The position numbers were made by a program, and so were the translations under genes. A stretch of 64,000 nucleotides of DNA from NCBI GenBank assembly GCA_965228475.1, contig OZ245817.1, positions 3,648,001 through 3,712,000 of the forward strand, given 5' to 3'. The stretch is from Myxococcota bacterium (GTDB taxonomy: Bacteria; Myxococcota_A; UBA9160; JAFDDA01). Below the pieces are notes generated by a model, which searched no databases, was not told the DNA's origin, and worked only from the letters and a program-made list of their open reading frames with translations. Positions 38,513-48,576 of this stretch are shown here, in pieces (within the stretch, counting starts at the first letter, position 1; every line of letters starts with the position of its first letter).

Positions 38513-40329
38513 GCGGCCGGCCCCCGGGCGCTCGCGAGTGCCTGGCGGCGGCGGGACGTCGCGGCAGCGTCGACGGCGAGGTCGCCGCCCTCGACGGAAC
38601 CGGTGAGCACGACGCCGTAGCGTTCGGCGGCGGCCGCGACGCTCACGTACTCGTCGAGCACGTCCTCGCGAACCGCATCCGGGTCGCGCTCGAGGGGATC
38701 CCCGAACCCCGCACCGCCCCCGTACTGGTAGGCGAGCACCGCGCCCGCAGGCAGCTGGGCCGCAGCCGAGTTCTCGATCGCGTACTCGTCCTCGGTGCCG
38801 ACGAGGAAGCGGTTCTCGTAGGGTGCGGCGTCTTCGCCCCCGCACAGACCGCGCAGCGGGTGGCGCATCGAGACCATCCAGGTCACGGCGGTGACCGGCT
38901 CGAGGACCTGCTTCACGTTGCGGCTGCCGGGCTGCCCGCGCCATTGGCCGGCGCCGCCGGTGTCCGGCGTCATCTCGCGGGAGAGGTTCAGGACCGGAAA
39001 GCGGCTCTCCGCCTCTTCCGCCGTCGCCAGGATCAGGTTGCCGAGGCCGCTGCACATCGCGCCCCAGCCATCGATGCCCTGCGTGGCCGAGGCGTCCGAC
39101 GCGCGCACGTCGACGCCCTGGTCCATCCACATCTGCCCGGCGGCATCGAACCCCACCACCGCGTTCGGCATGCCGAGCTTGTAGACCTGGGGCGAAGCGC
39201 GCTCGGGCAGCACCGGCGAGAGGGCGACGCAGATCGCCTCCCCGACCTCGACCGCCGGATGGAAGGCCCCGAGCGCCGCCGGCTTGCCGGGCGGCGGCTG
39301 CAGGATCGACCCTTCGGGCACGATCATCTCGACCGCGTCGAAGAGGCCCTCGTTCTTCGGCAGGGTCGGGTCGACCATGGAAGCGAGCTGGGCCATCGCG
39401 TAGCCGCGCGTGTTCGCGAAGGTGTTCCAGACGCAGACGAGCTCGGGCCGGTCGTCGCTGCCGGTCATGTCCACGGTGAGCTGGTCGCCCGCGACGCGGC
39501 AAGCGACCTCGACCCGCACGTCGCGGTGGCCGACGGTGTCGTGATCGATGAAGACCCGCGCCCGGTACTCGCCGTCGGGCCAGTCGGCGACCTGTGCGCG
39601 GAAGCGCCGCTCGGTCTCGGCGATGTTCCAGTTGATCGCGGCGCGCACGACGTCGGCGCCGTAGCGCCCGACGAGTTCCCCGAGCTTGCCCGCCCCGAGC
39701 TCCACCGCCGAGATCATCGCCGCGATGTCCCCGGCGAAGGAGGGCATGCGGTTGTTGCGGACGAGCATCTCGAGCACGTCCTCGCGCCGCTCGCCGCCCC
39801 GCACGAGCTGGAGGTACGGGATGATCATCCCCTCGGCGTGGAGCTCCATGGCATCGACCGAGAAACCGCCCGGGTCCTTGCCGCCGGTATCGCCCTGGTG
39901 GGCCTGGAGCGCCTGGATCGCGACGATCTCGCCCTCCCCGTCGAAGACCGGCGCGTAGACGTTGTAGTCCGGCAGGTGGCCGCCGCCGGCCTCCGGGTCG
40001 TTGCCGACGAAGACGTCGCCGGGGCCCCAGGCGTCGCGCTCGCGCCGTTCGAGCCCGTAGCGAACCGAGAGCGGCGAGATGAAGAGGAGCTGCGGGATGC
40101 CGACGGAGATGCCGGCCAGGCGGCCGTTGCCGTCGAGGATGCTCGCGTTGCGTTCGTTGCTCTGGTTGATGATGGCCGACGAGGCACAGCGGCCGAGGTG
40201 CGTCGCCACCTCGAAGCAGATGGTCTCGAAGGCGCCGCGGATGATCCCGGCCGTCACCGCGTCGAGCTCCGCGGAGGTCGGGAGCGGCGGGCGCGGCGCC
40301 ACCAGCCGGCGGTTGGTCTCGTAGGACAC
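38509..40329 (-). CDS. Hydantoinase B / oxoprolinase family protein
   Basis: PGDVFVGNDP..GGGHLPD, AHQGDTGG, TGGAGQWRG, GGGAGFGDPLERDP. Confidence 0.93.
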   Translation of the reverse strand: MSYETNRRLVAPRPPLPTSAELDAVTAGIIRGAFETICFEVATHLGRCASSAIINQSNERNASILDGNGRLAGISVGIPQLLFISPLSVRYGLERRERDAWGPGDVFVGNDPEAGGGHLPDYNVYAPVFDGEGEIVAIQALQAHQGDTGGKDPGGFSVDAMELHAEGMIIPYLQLVRGGERREDVLEMLVRNNRMPSFAGDIAAMISAVELGAGKLGELVGRYGADVVRAAINWNIAETERRFRAQVADWPDGEYRARVFIDHDTVGHRDVRVEVACRVAGDQLTVDMTGSDDRPELVCVWNTFANTRGYAMAQLASMVDPTLPKNEGLFDAVEMIVPEGSILQPPPGKPAALGAFHPAVEVGEAICVALSPVLPERASPQVYKLGMPNAVVGFDAAGQMWMDQGVDVRASDASATQGIDGWGAMCSGLGNLILATAEEAESRFPVLNLSREMTPDTGGAGQWRGQPGSRNVKQVLEPVTAVTWMVSMRHPLRGLCGGEDAAPYENRFLVGTEDEYAIENSAAAQLPAGAVLAYQYGGGAGFGDPLERDPDAVREDVLDEYVSVAAAAERYGVVLTGSVEGGDLAVDAAATSRRRQALASARGPAA

Positions 40330-40376
40330 GCGGCCCTCCCGCTTCCGGCCCCGGCTTCGAGCGTGGAGCCCGAAGC

Positions 40377-40405
40377 AGTATCTGACGGAGCGTCAGAAAC
40401 GTCAA
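40377..40405 (-). promoter_or_regulatory. Sigma70-like promoter TTGACG-N17-GATACT carrying operator copy 5 (TCTGAC-GGAGC-GTCAGA, 40381-40397)
   Basis: Minus strand reads TTGACG TTTCTGACGCTCCGTCA GATACT; the palindrome fills the spacer and overlaps the -10 hexamer. Confidence 0.82.
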
Positions 40406-40436
40406 CCGAAGGCGGGGGATGGCGTATGCTGCCGCG

Positions 40437-40913
40437 ATGCCCGTCGAGCACGTCTCGCACCTCGGCCTGTGCGTCGCGGATCTCGATCGCGCGGCGCGCT
40501 TCTACCGCGAAGGGCTCGGCTTCCGCGAGCGCTCGCGGATCGAGGTCGCCGGGGAAACGTCGAGCCGGCTGCTCGGGCTGGAAGGGGCGGCGCTCCGTGG
40601 CCTCTATCTCGAACGGGACGGGCTTCGCCTCGAGCTCCTCCAGTTCGACGCCCCGGGGCCGCGCGCGCTCGAGACCCCCCGCCCCATGAACGGCCTCGGG
40701 CTCACGCACCTGTCCCTGCGCGTCTCGGACCTCGACACCCTGACCCCGGCCCTCGTCGCCGCGGGGGGCCGGGTGCTCGAGGAGAGCCGCATCGAAGCCG
40801 GCCCGGTCAAGGCCCTCTTCCTGCTCGATCCCGACGGCACGCGGCTCGAGCTGCTCGAGGCGCCCGGCGACCCGTCCCGGCTCCCGGGCGAACCGGTGCC
40901 GGCGTCCGAATAA
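40437..40913 (+). CDS. VOC/glyoxalase family protein
   Basis: HLGLCVADLDRAARFY, GLTHLSLRVSD, DPDGTRLELLE. Confidence 0.9.
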   Translation: MPVEHVSHLGLCVADLDRAARFYREGLGFRERSRIEVAGETSSRLLGLEGAALRGLYLERDGLRLELLQFDAPGPRALETPRPMNGLGLTHLSLRVSDLDTLTPALVAAGGRVLEESRIEAGPVKALFLLDPDGTRLELLEAPGDPSRLPGEPVPASE

Positions 40914-40955
40914 CCCGACCGTCGCGCCGTCCAACGGCGACCAAGGAGGATCATC

Positions 40956-41456
40956 ATGCGAACCCTCGTGAGCACCCTGTCCCTGACCGCCCTCGTCCTC
41001 GGCGCCGGCACGGCCGCGGCGGAAATGAAGCCCGGCGACGAAGGCCAGCAGTCGAATCGGATCGAGGCCCCGGGCTCGATCTATGAATTCAACCCGCAGC
41101 CCGAACCGCCGCGCGTGAAGAAGAAGATGGACCCGACGAACCCTGCCGCTCCGGTGAAGCAGAAGATGGACGCGACGAACCCGGCCGCTCGAGTGAAGCT
41201 CAACCCGCAGCCGGAACCGCCGAGCAAGACCGTCGAGGGTGCGGTCGCGCTTCCGGGCGCGGAGGACCGGTTCAACCCGCAGCCCGAGCCTCCGCCGCAC
41301 GAAGGCAAGGGAGAGATCCCGGCCGAGCAGTCGACGAGCCAGCAGGCCCCCGGTGCGATCTACGAGTTCAACCCGCAGCCCGAGCCGCCGAAGGTCGCTC
41401 CCCTCGAGCCGGACGGGAAAGTCGGGATGAAGACGAAGCGCAAGGTCGCGCAGTAG
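40956..41456 (+). CDS. Small secreted repeat protein with four (F/L)NPQPEPP motifs
   Basis: Strong RBS AAGGAGGA; signal peptide MRTLVSTLSLTALVLGAGTAAA; repeats differ at synonymous positions. Confidence 0.8.
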   Translation: MRTLVSTLSLTALVLGAGTAAAEMKPGDEGQQSNRIEAPGSIYEFNPQPEPPRVKKKMDPTNPAAPVKQKMDATNPAARVKLNPQPEPPSKTVEGAVALPGAEDRFNPQPEPPPHEGKGEIPAEQSTSQQAPGAIYEFNPQPEPPKVAPLEPDGKVGMKTKRKVAQ

Positions 41457-41462
41457 ACCCGG

Positions 41463-41490
41463 CGCACCGCACCGCACCGCGCCGCGCCGC
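41463..41490. repeat. Short tandem pentamer run (CGCAC/CGCGC) between convergent genes
   Basis: cgcaccgcaccgcaccgcgccgcgccgc. Confidence 0.5.
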
Positions 41491-41494
41491 CCGG

Positions 41495-42238
41495 CTAGAG
41501 CTCGCCGAGCTCCTGGCCTGCGAGCGCGGCGCCGATGATCCCGGCCTGGTTGCGCAGCGCGGCCGGGACGATCTCGACTTCGGCCTCGAGCAGCGGCACG
41601 AACTTCTCGTGCTTCTTGCTGATCCCGCCGCCGAGGATCACGAGATCCGCGCCGGTGTGGAACACGAGACGGCCGACGACCTCGTCGAGGCGTTCGGCCC
41701 ACTTCTTCCAGGAGAGCTCCTTCTCCTGGCGGACGCGGTCCGCCGCTCGATCCTCGGCACTCTTCCCGCCGACCTCGATGTGGCCGAACTCGGTGTTCGG
41801 GACGAGCCGGCCGTCGACGAAGAGCGCGGAGCCGATGCCGGTCCCGAGGGTCAGGACGAGCACCACGCCGCGCCGCCCGCGCCCGGCGCCGAAACGGACC
41901 TCCGCGAGCCCGGCGGCGTCCGCATCGTTGAGGACAGTGACGGGGCACGCGGTCGCATCCGAGAGCGCCGTTCGCAGGTTCGTGCCGACGAAGGACGGGT
42001 CGAGGTTCGCCGCGGTCTGGACGACGCCGGCCCGGACCACCCCGGGGAAGCCGCACCCGAGCGTGCCGTCCCAGCCGAAGTGATCGACGACCTTGGCGAG
42101 GACTTCGACGACGGCGTCCGGTGTCGCCGGCTGCGGCGTCTCCATCCGGAACCGATCGGTCGTGAGCTCACCGGTGGACGTGTCCACCAGAGCCCCCTTG
42201 ATGCCCGATCCGCCGACGTCGATCCCGAGGATCTCCAC
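41495..42238 (-). CDS. ppgK: Polyphosphate glucokinase (ROK family)
   Basis: [54 protein letters not shown]. Confidence 0.88.
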   Translation of the reverse strand: MEILGIDVGGSGIKGALVDTSTGELTTDRFRMETPQPATPDAVVEVLAKVVDHFGWDGTLGCGFPGVVRAGVVQTAANLDPSFVGTNLRTALSDATACPVTVLNDADAAGLAEVRFGAGRGRRGVVLVLTLGTGIGSALFVDGRLVPNTEFGHIEVGGKSAEDRAADRVRQEKELSWKKWAERLDEVVGRLVFHTGADLVILGGGISKKHEKFVPLLEAEVEIVPAALRNQAGIIGAALAGQELGEL

Positions 42239-42311
42239 GCCCTACCTCCGCGGTATCAGACCCCGCGCCAACCGACCTCGCACTGCCGGACTCCCGGCCC
42301 GCGGCTGAAAG

Positions 42312-44729
42312 CTAACGACCCTGCTTGGATGCGTCCGCAGGAATCACGAGGCGCTCCACGGGGTCCGGGACCTCCCCCGGCTTCCACAGCGCCGATCGGA
42401 AGTATTCGAAGCGGTGCCACGAAGCGGAGAGATTTCCGTACCAGGCGGAGCCCGGGTCGCCGCGCGGGCCCGCCGAGTGCGCGAAGAGCGCCTCCTCCGG
42501 CTGCGAGAGGTCGCAGACGAAACGGCTCGTCGCGCCGATCAGGTTGCGGAGCCGGTGCTTCTCGTCGATCGGGCGCGAGGGGCTCACGGTGTAGTCGTCG
42601 CCCGGGAACGGGGCGTCGAGCGCGACGAAGCGGTCCCCGAGGCCGGGGATCTCGGCCAGGAGCGTGCCGAGCCGGACCCGCTGGATCTCGCCCCACGCCC
42701 AGCCGGCCGGATCGGCACCGCAGTGGCGGGCGATGCGCGCGACCGCCGCCAGGAAGGCTTCGCGGACGAGCGCGGCGAGGGGCTCGCCCGCCGCCTCCTC
42801 GATGTCCTTGCGCAGCGGGTCGTCCGGGTCGAGCAGCAGCCGGTGGAAGCGCGGAAGCGCGCGCCGGCCGCCCGTGTAGCGGGGGCCGACCTCCGGGCCG
42901 AGCAGCGGATGGAGGCAGCGCGGCAGGGCCTCCCTCATGGTGAAGAAGTAGATCGCCGGCGCGGCGTCTTCGCAGCGGAAGACGCCATCCCAGCGCTCGA
43001 AGAGTTCGAGGGCGACGCCCGCGTGGGCCGCGACGCCGCGGAACTCGGCCAGCATCGGCAGCAGGGCATCGCGCAGGGGGAGCGCGTAGTCCGTCCCGAA
43101 GTCCGATTGCAGGTCCGTCGAGACCTTGACGTCCTGGGCTTCCCGGGCGAGGAGCGTCTTCTCGATGCGGTCGTGCCGGTAGCGCGGCTCGAAGTGAGCG
43201 CGGGAGGCGATGCGCTCGAAGTCGTCCGGGTTCACGATCGAGTTCGCCGAGGCGACGACGCCATTCTCCGGGTTGAGGATGCGCGGCATCTCCTCGAAGG
43301 AGAGGAAGCCGTCCCACTGCGCCAGGGGGTCGTCGGAGTCGCGGACGAAGAGCCCGTCCGCCGGTCGGCGCGGAAGGCGGCCGTAGAGTTCCCAGCCGAT
43401 GTGGCCGTCGCGATGGCCGTAGGTGTGGTTGAAGTCGAAGGGGCCTTCGTTCATCCGCGCGAGCGCGGCGCGGTGCTCCTCGACCGTCTTCGAGGCGGTG
43501 AGATCGAGGTTCCCTTCGATGTAGGCGGCCAGATCCGTCGAGACGTAGCGCACGGCGAGGTCCACCCCGTCGTGGTGCTGCCAGCCCTCGTAGAGGATGC
43601 CGTGCTCGCACTCCTCCCAGGAGCACGCGACGTCCTTTCCGGCCCGCACGCGGAGCGTCTCGCGGCGGCGTTCGAGGGGCGCCGTCCCGTCCGGCACGTG
43701 GTAGCGGTTCGGATCGCCTTCGACGCGGCGAATGCGCACCAGGTCCCACGCGTCCCGGAAACCGGTCGTGCATCCCCAGGCGAGGTGACCGTTGTGCCCG
43801 AACCCGAAGGCCGGGAAGCCGGGGAAGACGCCGCCCTGTACGCGGAACTCCGGACACTCGAGGTGTGCGTGATACCAGTACGTGGGGAGCGGGAAGAGCG
43901 GCACGTGCGGGTCGTCCGCGACGATGGGCGCACCGCCCGCCGCCCGCTCCGACGAGATCGCCCAGTTGTTGCTTCCGCCGGCCGGCACGTGGATCGGCGC
44001 GCTCGGCGGGATGTCGCCCCGGGCCTCGTAGCTCGTCGGCGCGTTCTGCCAGGGAGCCTCGGGGTACAGGCGCTGGGCACCGGCATCTCCCAGGCGGGCG
44101 CGCACGGCATCGAAGGTGAGCTCGTTCTCGAGGTTGATCAGCGTCACGACGAAGGCGCTGGTTCGCGCGAGAAGCAGGCTGTCGCGCGGTTGCCAGGGCC
44201 GGACCTTGCCGAGGAAGAGGTACTCGGCCGGGTAGACGCCGTCCATGGCACGCAGCGCCGCGTTCACCCCCGCGCTGAACGCCTCGAGACAGGCCTTCGT
44301 CCGCGGCGAGAGTTTCTCGGCGTCGCGGTCGGCCTCGCGCTCGAAGCCGAGCGGGCGCAGAAAGAGGTCGAGATCCGCCAGGCGCTTGCCTTGGAGCATC
44401 TCGACGTCGGGGAGCGGCGGGTTCCCGATCCACTCGGTCATCCGTCCCGATCCGAGATGACGAAGGACGTCGAGGAAGAGGAACCGGTCGGCGCCCTGGA
44501 GCCAGCCGAGCAGGGCGTAGGCATCGGCCTCGTGCTCGGCGTAGACGTGGGGGACGCCGCGCGCGTCGCGAACGACCTCGGCGCCGCCTTCGAGGGCCGG
44601 GAGGTTCGTCGCGGTGAGGGCGGGCCGGGTGCCTTCCACCTTGGCGCCGAAGGCGTCGGCGAGAAGGCGGCGAATCAGCGCCCCGTACTTCTTGCGCGGC
44701 AGCGCCTCGGCCGACGGCTCCGTCATCAC
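42312..44729 (-). CDS. Penicillin acylase family Ntn hydrolase
   Basis: RDARGVPHVYA, autoproteolytic GGSNNWAIS, ADDPH, FGHNGHLAWG; no obvious signal peptide. Confidence 0.9.
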   Translation of the reverse strand: MMTEPSAEALPRKKYGALIRRLLADAFGAKVEGTRPALTATNLPALEGGAEVVRDARGVPHVYAEHEADAYALLGWLQGADRFLFLDVLRHLGSGRMTEWIGNPPLPDVEMLQGKRLADLDLFLRPLGFEREADRDAEKLSPRTKACLEAFSAGVNAALRAMDGVYPAEYLFLGKVRPWQPRDSLLLARTSAFVVTLINLENELTFDAVRARLGDAGAQRLYPEAPWQNAPTSYEARGDIPPSAPIHVPAGGSNNWAISSERAAGGAPIVADDPHVPLFPLPTYWYHAHLECPEFRVQGGVFPGFPAFGFGHNGHLAWGCTTGFRDAWDLVRIRRVEGDPNRYHVPDGTAPLERRRETLRVRAGKDVACSWEECEHGILYEGWQHHDGVDLAVRYVSTDLAAYIEGNLDLTASKTVEEHRAALARMNEGPFDFNHTYGHRDGHIGWELYGRLPRRPADGLFVRDSDDPLAQWDGFLSFEEMPRILNPENGVVASANSIVNPDDFERIASRAHFEPRYRHDRIEKTLLAREAQDVKVSTDLQSDFGTDYALPLRDALLPMLAEFRGVAAHAGVALELFERWDGVFRCEDAAPAIYFFTMREALPRCLHPLLGPEVGPRYTGGRRALPRFHRLLLDPDDPLRKDIEEAAGEPLAALVREAFLAAVARIARHCGADPAGWAWGEIQRVRLGTLLAEIPGLGDRFVALDAPFPGDDYTVSPSRPIDEKHRLRNLIGATSRFVCDLSQPEEALFAHSAGPRGDPGSAWYGNLSASWHRFEYFRSALWKPGEVPDPVERLVIPADASKQGR

Positions 44730-45571
44730 CGGCCGTTCCCCGCAGGCTCACCATCGACGGTGACCGTGACGAGCAGCAGACGATCGGCGGAACCCGAGCG
44801 TTGCACGCCGCCCGAGACGGCCGAGCCGGAGCGCATCGTCTCGACGCCGCCGATCCCGCCGACCACGGCCGTCTCGCCCGGCGCGACGACGAGCGTGGTG
44901 TCCGCGCTCGAGCGGTGCACGACGGCCCCGCGTCCGAGCCGCGCCTGGAAGGGCCGCAGGTCGAGGCGCACGCGGCCGTCCCCGAGAATGCGTGGCCGCA
45001 CTTCGAGGCCCGACTCCGCGGCGACGCGTACCGCGTCCGGGTAGCGGAAGGAGCCCGTCGGAAGCACGACCTCCGAGCCCCGAGCGATGCGGCCCCACTC
45101 CCCTTCGAGCACCCGCACCACGCCGACCTGGGACCCGCTCCCCCTCCGGTGCCGGTCGCCGAGCGTGACGCTCGCGCCCGACCCGCCTCCGGGCCGGACC
45201 ACGTTGCCCACCCGGAAGGAGTTTCCGCCGGCGCTCCAGGTGATCCGTGCTCCGGTCGCATCGAGATCGCTCGCGGTCCGCGTCTCGTGCTCGATCAACA
45301 CGGTTCGGAGCTTGCGGTCCTGGATCGCCAGGAGCTCGAGGGCCTGGGCGATGGCCTCGGCCGGACCGACGAGGACCATCGCTCCCGAGTGGCCGTCCAC
45401 GGCGATCCGTCCCTCGGGGCCAATCACCGCCTCGACCATGGGGACGAGGTCCTCGGCCACCCGGTACTTCGGGTGGTAGACCTCCATCTCGGCTCGCGCG
45501 GAGCCCGCCGCGAACGAGGAAACGGAAACGAGGATCAGCACGAGCCAACGGAGCGAAGCAGCCGAACGCAT
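44726..45571 (-). CDS. Short exported secretin N-domain (NolW-like) protein
   Basis: Signal peptide; AEDLVPMVEAVIGPEGRIAVD...LVLVGPAEAIAQALELLAIQD; C-terminal GLEVRPRI...ADTTLVVAPGETAVVGG. Confidence 0.7.
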   Translation of the reverse strand: MRSAASLRWLVLILVSVSSFAAGSARAEMEVYHPKYRVAEDLVPMVEAVIGPEGRIAVDGHSGAMVLVGPAEAIAQALELLAIQDRKLRTVLIEHETRTASDLDATGARITWSAGGNSFRVGNVVRPGGGSGASVTLGDRHRRGSGSQVGVVRVLEGEWGRIARGSEVVLPTGSFRYPDAVRVAAESGLEVRPRILGDGRVRLDLRPFQARLGRGAVVHRSSADTTLVVAPGETAVVGGIGGVETMRSGSAVSGGVQRSGSADRLLLVTVTVDGEPAGNGR

Positions 45572-45594
45572 GGCCGAAGTGTACTTCTTCGGTG

Positions 45595-46716
45595 CTACTG
45601 GCGGCCGCCCAAACCGAGGCCCTGCCGCGCGACGACGGAGCGCATGATCTCGGTCGTCCCGCCGCCGAGGGTCTCCCAGAGACTCTGCAGCCAGAGGAGC
45701 TGCGCGCGCGAGTCGGCGCACAGTGACTCCGGGCCGCCCCAGTCGAACGCCGCCCGGGCGATCTGCTGCGCCGCCAGGGTGTGGACGATCTTGTTGGCCG
45801 CAGCCTCGACCGAGCCCGTCCGCCCTTTCTGCATCGCATCGAGCACGCGCAGCGCGTGGACCTCGACCTCGAGGCTCGTGACGGCGAGCTCGGCCATCCG
45901 CTCGCGCACCACGGGCTCGCTCGCACGCCCGCTGCGCCGGAGCCAGGCGGCGACCTCCTCGAGGTCCCGGGCGACCCGTGCGGGCGGGAACTGGATGTGG
46001 CGCTCGTCCGCCAGGGCCTCCCCCATGATCTTCCACGCGCCGTTCTCCGGGCCGACGCGCCGCTCGGCGGGAATGCGCACGCCGTCGAGCCGGACCTCGT
46101 TCAGCTGGTCGCCGTCGAGGGTGGGCAGCGGGGCGACGGTCACCCCCGGCGCATCGAGTTCGACGATGAAGAGCGAGAGCCCGCGGCCGCGGCTCTCCGG
46201 GCTCCCCGTGCGCGCGAGCAGCCAGAGGAAGTCCATGTCCTGGGCGTAGGACTGCCAGCACTTCTCGCCCGTCACGACGTAGGCGTCGCCGTCGCGCTCG
46301 GCGCGGCAGCGCAGGCTCGCCAGATCGCTGCCCGCCTCGGGCTCGGAGTAGCCGAGGGAGAAGTGCGCGGCGCCGCGGCGGATCTCCGGCAGGAAGGCCT
46401 TCTTCTGCGCGTCGCTCCCGTAGCGAAGGAGCGTCTTGGCGACGATGCCGGGGCCGAGCGGGTTGCGCGCGGCGCGAGCGCGCGCAACCTCGTTCCACAG
46501 CAGGTACTCGCAGGCGAGGGACCGGTCGAGCCCGCCCCATTCTTCGGGCCAGCCGAGGGAGAGCCAGCCGCGCTCGCCCATCGCCCGGAAGAGCGCCCGG
46601 ACGCGCGGCCATTGGTGACCCTGCACGAAGTACGCGCCGAGATCCGACCAGTCGCGGAGGAACTCGCGCACCTCGTCGCGGAAGCGAAGCTCGTCCCGGG
46701 AGAAGGACGCCTTCAT
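45595..46716 (-). CDS. Acyl-CoA dehydrogenase
   Basis: LGYSEPEAGSDLASLR, GEKCWQS, TLGGGTTEIMR. Confidence 0.93.
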   Translation of the reverse strand: MKASFSRDELRFRDEVREFLRDWSDLGAYFVQGHQWPRVRALFRAMGERGWLSLGWPEEWGGLDRSLACEYLLWNEVARARAARNPLGPGIVAKTLLRYGSDAQKKAFLPEIRRGAAHFSLGYSEPEAGSDLASLRCRAERDGDAYVVTGEKCWQSYAQDMDFLWLLARTGSPESRGRGLSLFIVELDAPGVTVAPLPTLDGDQLNEVRLDGVRIPAERRVGPENGAWKIMGEALADERHIQFPPARVARDLEEVAAWLRRSGRASEPVVRERMAELAVTSLEVEVHALRVLDAMQKGRTGSVEAAANKIVHTLAAQQIARAAFDWGGPESLCADSRAQLLWLQSLWETLGGGTTEIMRSVVARQGLGLGGRQ

Positions 46717-46744
46717 CGGAGCGCGACGCCTCCGGCCGACACGC

Positions 46745-47596
46745 TCACTCGTCCCCGTCCTCGGCCTCGTCGATGCGGGCGTTCGGATCGGGATTCCAGC
46801 GCGGCGCGCGCTTCTCTGCGAAGGCGCGCGAGCCTTCGAGGAAGTCCGGGTGGGACCAGTGCGCCCGCAGGGAGTCCCAGGCGCGCTCGAGGGCCTCCTG
46901 ATAGCCGAACTCGACCGCACCCCAGACGGCCTCCTTCGAGCGAGCCATCGCCTGGGGCGAGTTGCCCTTCATCTGCTCGGCCATCTCTTCGGCCAGGGGC
47001 AGGAGATCGGCGGGAGCGTCGACCAGCTCGTCGACCAGTCCGAGCTGCCAGGCGCGGTCGGCCTCGAGCCGGTAGTGCCGTCCGAGCAGGGTCATGCGCA
47101 GGGCGGTCCCGAGCGGGAGCCGCTTGGCGAGGCCGACGTTCTCGAGCGCGCCCACCATACCGACGTTCACGTGCGCATCGACGAACGCCGCGTTCGCCGA
47201 GGCGAGCACGATGTCGGCGTCCACCACGAAGTGGAGTCCGCCTCCGACGCACAGCCCGTTCACCAGGCAGATCACGGGTTTCCAGACCCGGTTCTGCTGC
47301 GGCGACCAGAAGACCGCTTCGGCCAGGGGCCGGTCGGCGAAGACCTCGTCGGCCTCGTCGCCCTCCGCCTCGGCGACGTCGAAGCCGGTGCAGAAGTGCC
47401 GCTCCCCGGTGGACCCCAGGATCGCGACCCGAACCTCGGGGTCGTCGCGCACGTCGGCCCAGATCGCGCGGAACACCGGCTGCATCGGCGGCGTGAGCGA
47501 GTTCCCGCGCTCGGGGCGGCAGAGGCGGATGAAGGCCTTGCCGTCGCGCTTCTCGTATTCGACACCCGGCAGCGGTCCGTCGAGATCGATGCTCAT
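46745..47596 (-). CDS. Enoyl-CoA hydratase/isomerase family protein
   Basis: FCTGFDV, KPVICLVNGLCVGGG, EGSRAFAEKRAPRW. Confidence 0.92.
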   Translation of the reverse strand: MSIDLDGPLPGVEYEKRDGKAFIRLCRPERGNSLTPPMQPVFRAIWADVRDDPEVRVAILGSTGERHFCTGFDVAEAEGDEADEVFADRPLAEAVFWSPQQNRVWKPVICLVNGLCVGGGLHFVVDADIVLASANAAFVDAHVNVGMVGALENVGLAKRLPLGTALRMTLLGRHYRLEADRAWQLGLVDELVDAPADLLPLAEEMAEQMKGNSPQAMARSKEAVWGAVEFGYQEALERAWDSLRAHWSHPDFLEGSRAFAEKRAPRWNPDPNARIDEAEDGDE

Positions 47597-48576
47597 CCGG
47601 AGACTCCCTCGCCGTCGAGGAACGGCACGAATGCTTCGAGCAGGCGCGGTGTCGCACCGAGCTCGGCAGGCGGCAGCGAGGCCACCTCGCGGATGCGGCG
47701 CGAGATCGGGAAGGCCGGCCCCTCGCGCGTGATGCCGACCGCCCCGAAGACCTGGTGGCCGACGTGGACCGCGTCGAGCGCGGCGCGCGTAGCCGAGCGC
47801 CGCGCGGCCGTGGCCCAGGCCGGTGCCTCGGGATCGTCTTCGTCGCAGCGCCACGCCGCCGCGCGCGCGAGGGCCGCGGCGCCCTCGAGGGCCACCGCGG
47901 AATCCGCGAGCGGATGAGAGACCGCCTGGAACTCGCCGATGGCGCGGCCGAACTGACTCCGCAGGCGGGCGTGTTCGCACGCGGCGTCGAGGAGCCGTCG
48001 GCCGACCGCGGCGAGATACGCAGCGCGCGAGAGATCGGAGCGAAGGAGCGCGTGCGCCGCCGGACCGAGGCACGTCGTCCGCTCGAGCGCACCGCGGGCC
48101 GCCGGCTCACCGGCGAGGGTCCTCACCGCTTCGAGCTCGCCGGCCGGCTTCGCGAGCCAGACCTCACCGCTCTGGGCATCGACCTCGAGAAAGCGCTCCG
48201 CATCGAGGCCCCAGGGCAGCACGGGCGGTTCCCCCAGACAGACGACCACCCCGCCCGCGGCCACGTCGGCGCGGTCCGGCTCGGGGAGAACGTCGCAGGC
48301 GAAGAACGTCGCGAGCAACGGGCCGGGGAACGCTGCGAACCCGAGCGCTTCGAAGAGCGCGACGCGTTCGAGCGCCCCGCCCTGCCCCTCGGCACCCGCC
48401 ACCGCGAAGCCGCCGAGCTCGGCAAAGGCCCGCCATGCGTCGGCCGGGAAGGCGCCTTCGCGGCGAAGCAGCGCGTCGTCGCAGTGATCGCGGCAGAGCG
48501 CGGCGACGGCGTCGTGGAGCGCCTGCTGGCCCTCGTCGAAGCCGAGGTCGAGGCTTCGTTCGGTGGCAGCGCTCAC
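47593..48576 (-). CDS. Short acyl-CoA dehydrogenase (probable partner subunit)
   Basis: RSQFGRAIGEFQAVSHPLAD, HQVFGAVGITRE; ~327 aa. Confidence 0.88.
   Translation of the reverse strand: MSAATERSLDLGFDEGQQALHDAVAALCRDHCDDALLRREGAFPADAWRAFAELGGFAVAGAEGQGGALERVALFEALGFAAFPGPLLATFFACDVLPEPDRADVAAGGVVVCLGEPPVLPWGLDAERFLEVDAQSGEVWLAKPAGELEAVRTLAGEPAARGALERTTCLGPAAHALLRSDLSRAAYLAAVGRRLLDAACEHARLRSQFGRAIGEFQAVSHPLADSAVALEGAAALARAAAWRCDEDDPEAPAWATAARRSATRAALDAVHVGHQVFGAVGITREGPAFPISRRIREVASLPPAELGATPRLLEAFVPFLDGEGVSG

Noticed and set aside
41088..41390. Four ~24-bp repeats resembling a mini CRISPR array
   Set aside because: Irregular in-frame periods (111, 72, 96 bp), synonymous variation, located inside a CDS, and no cas genes.
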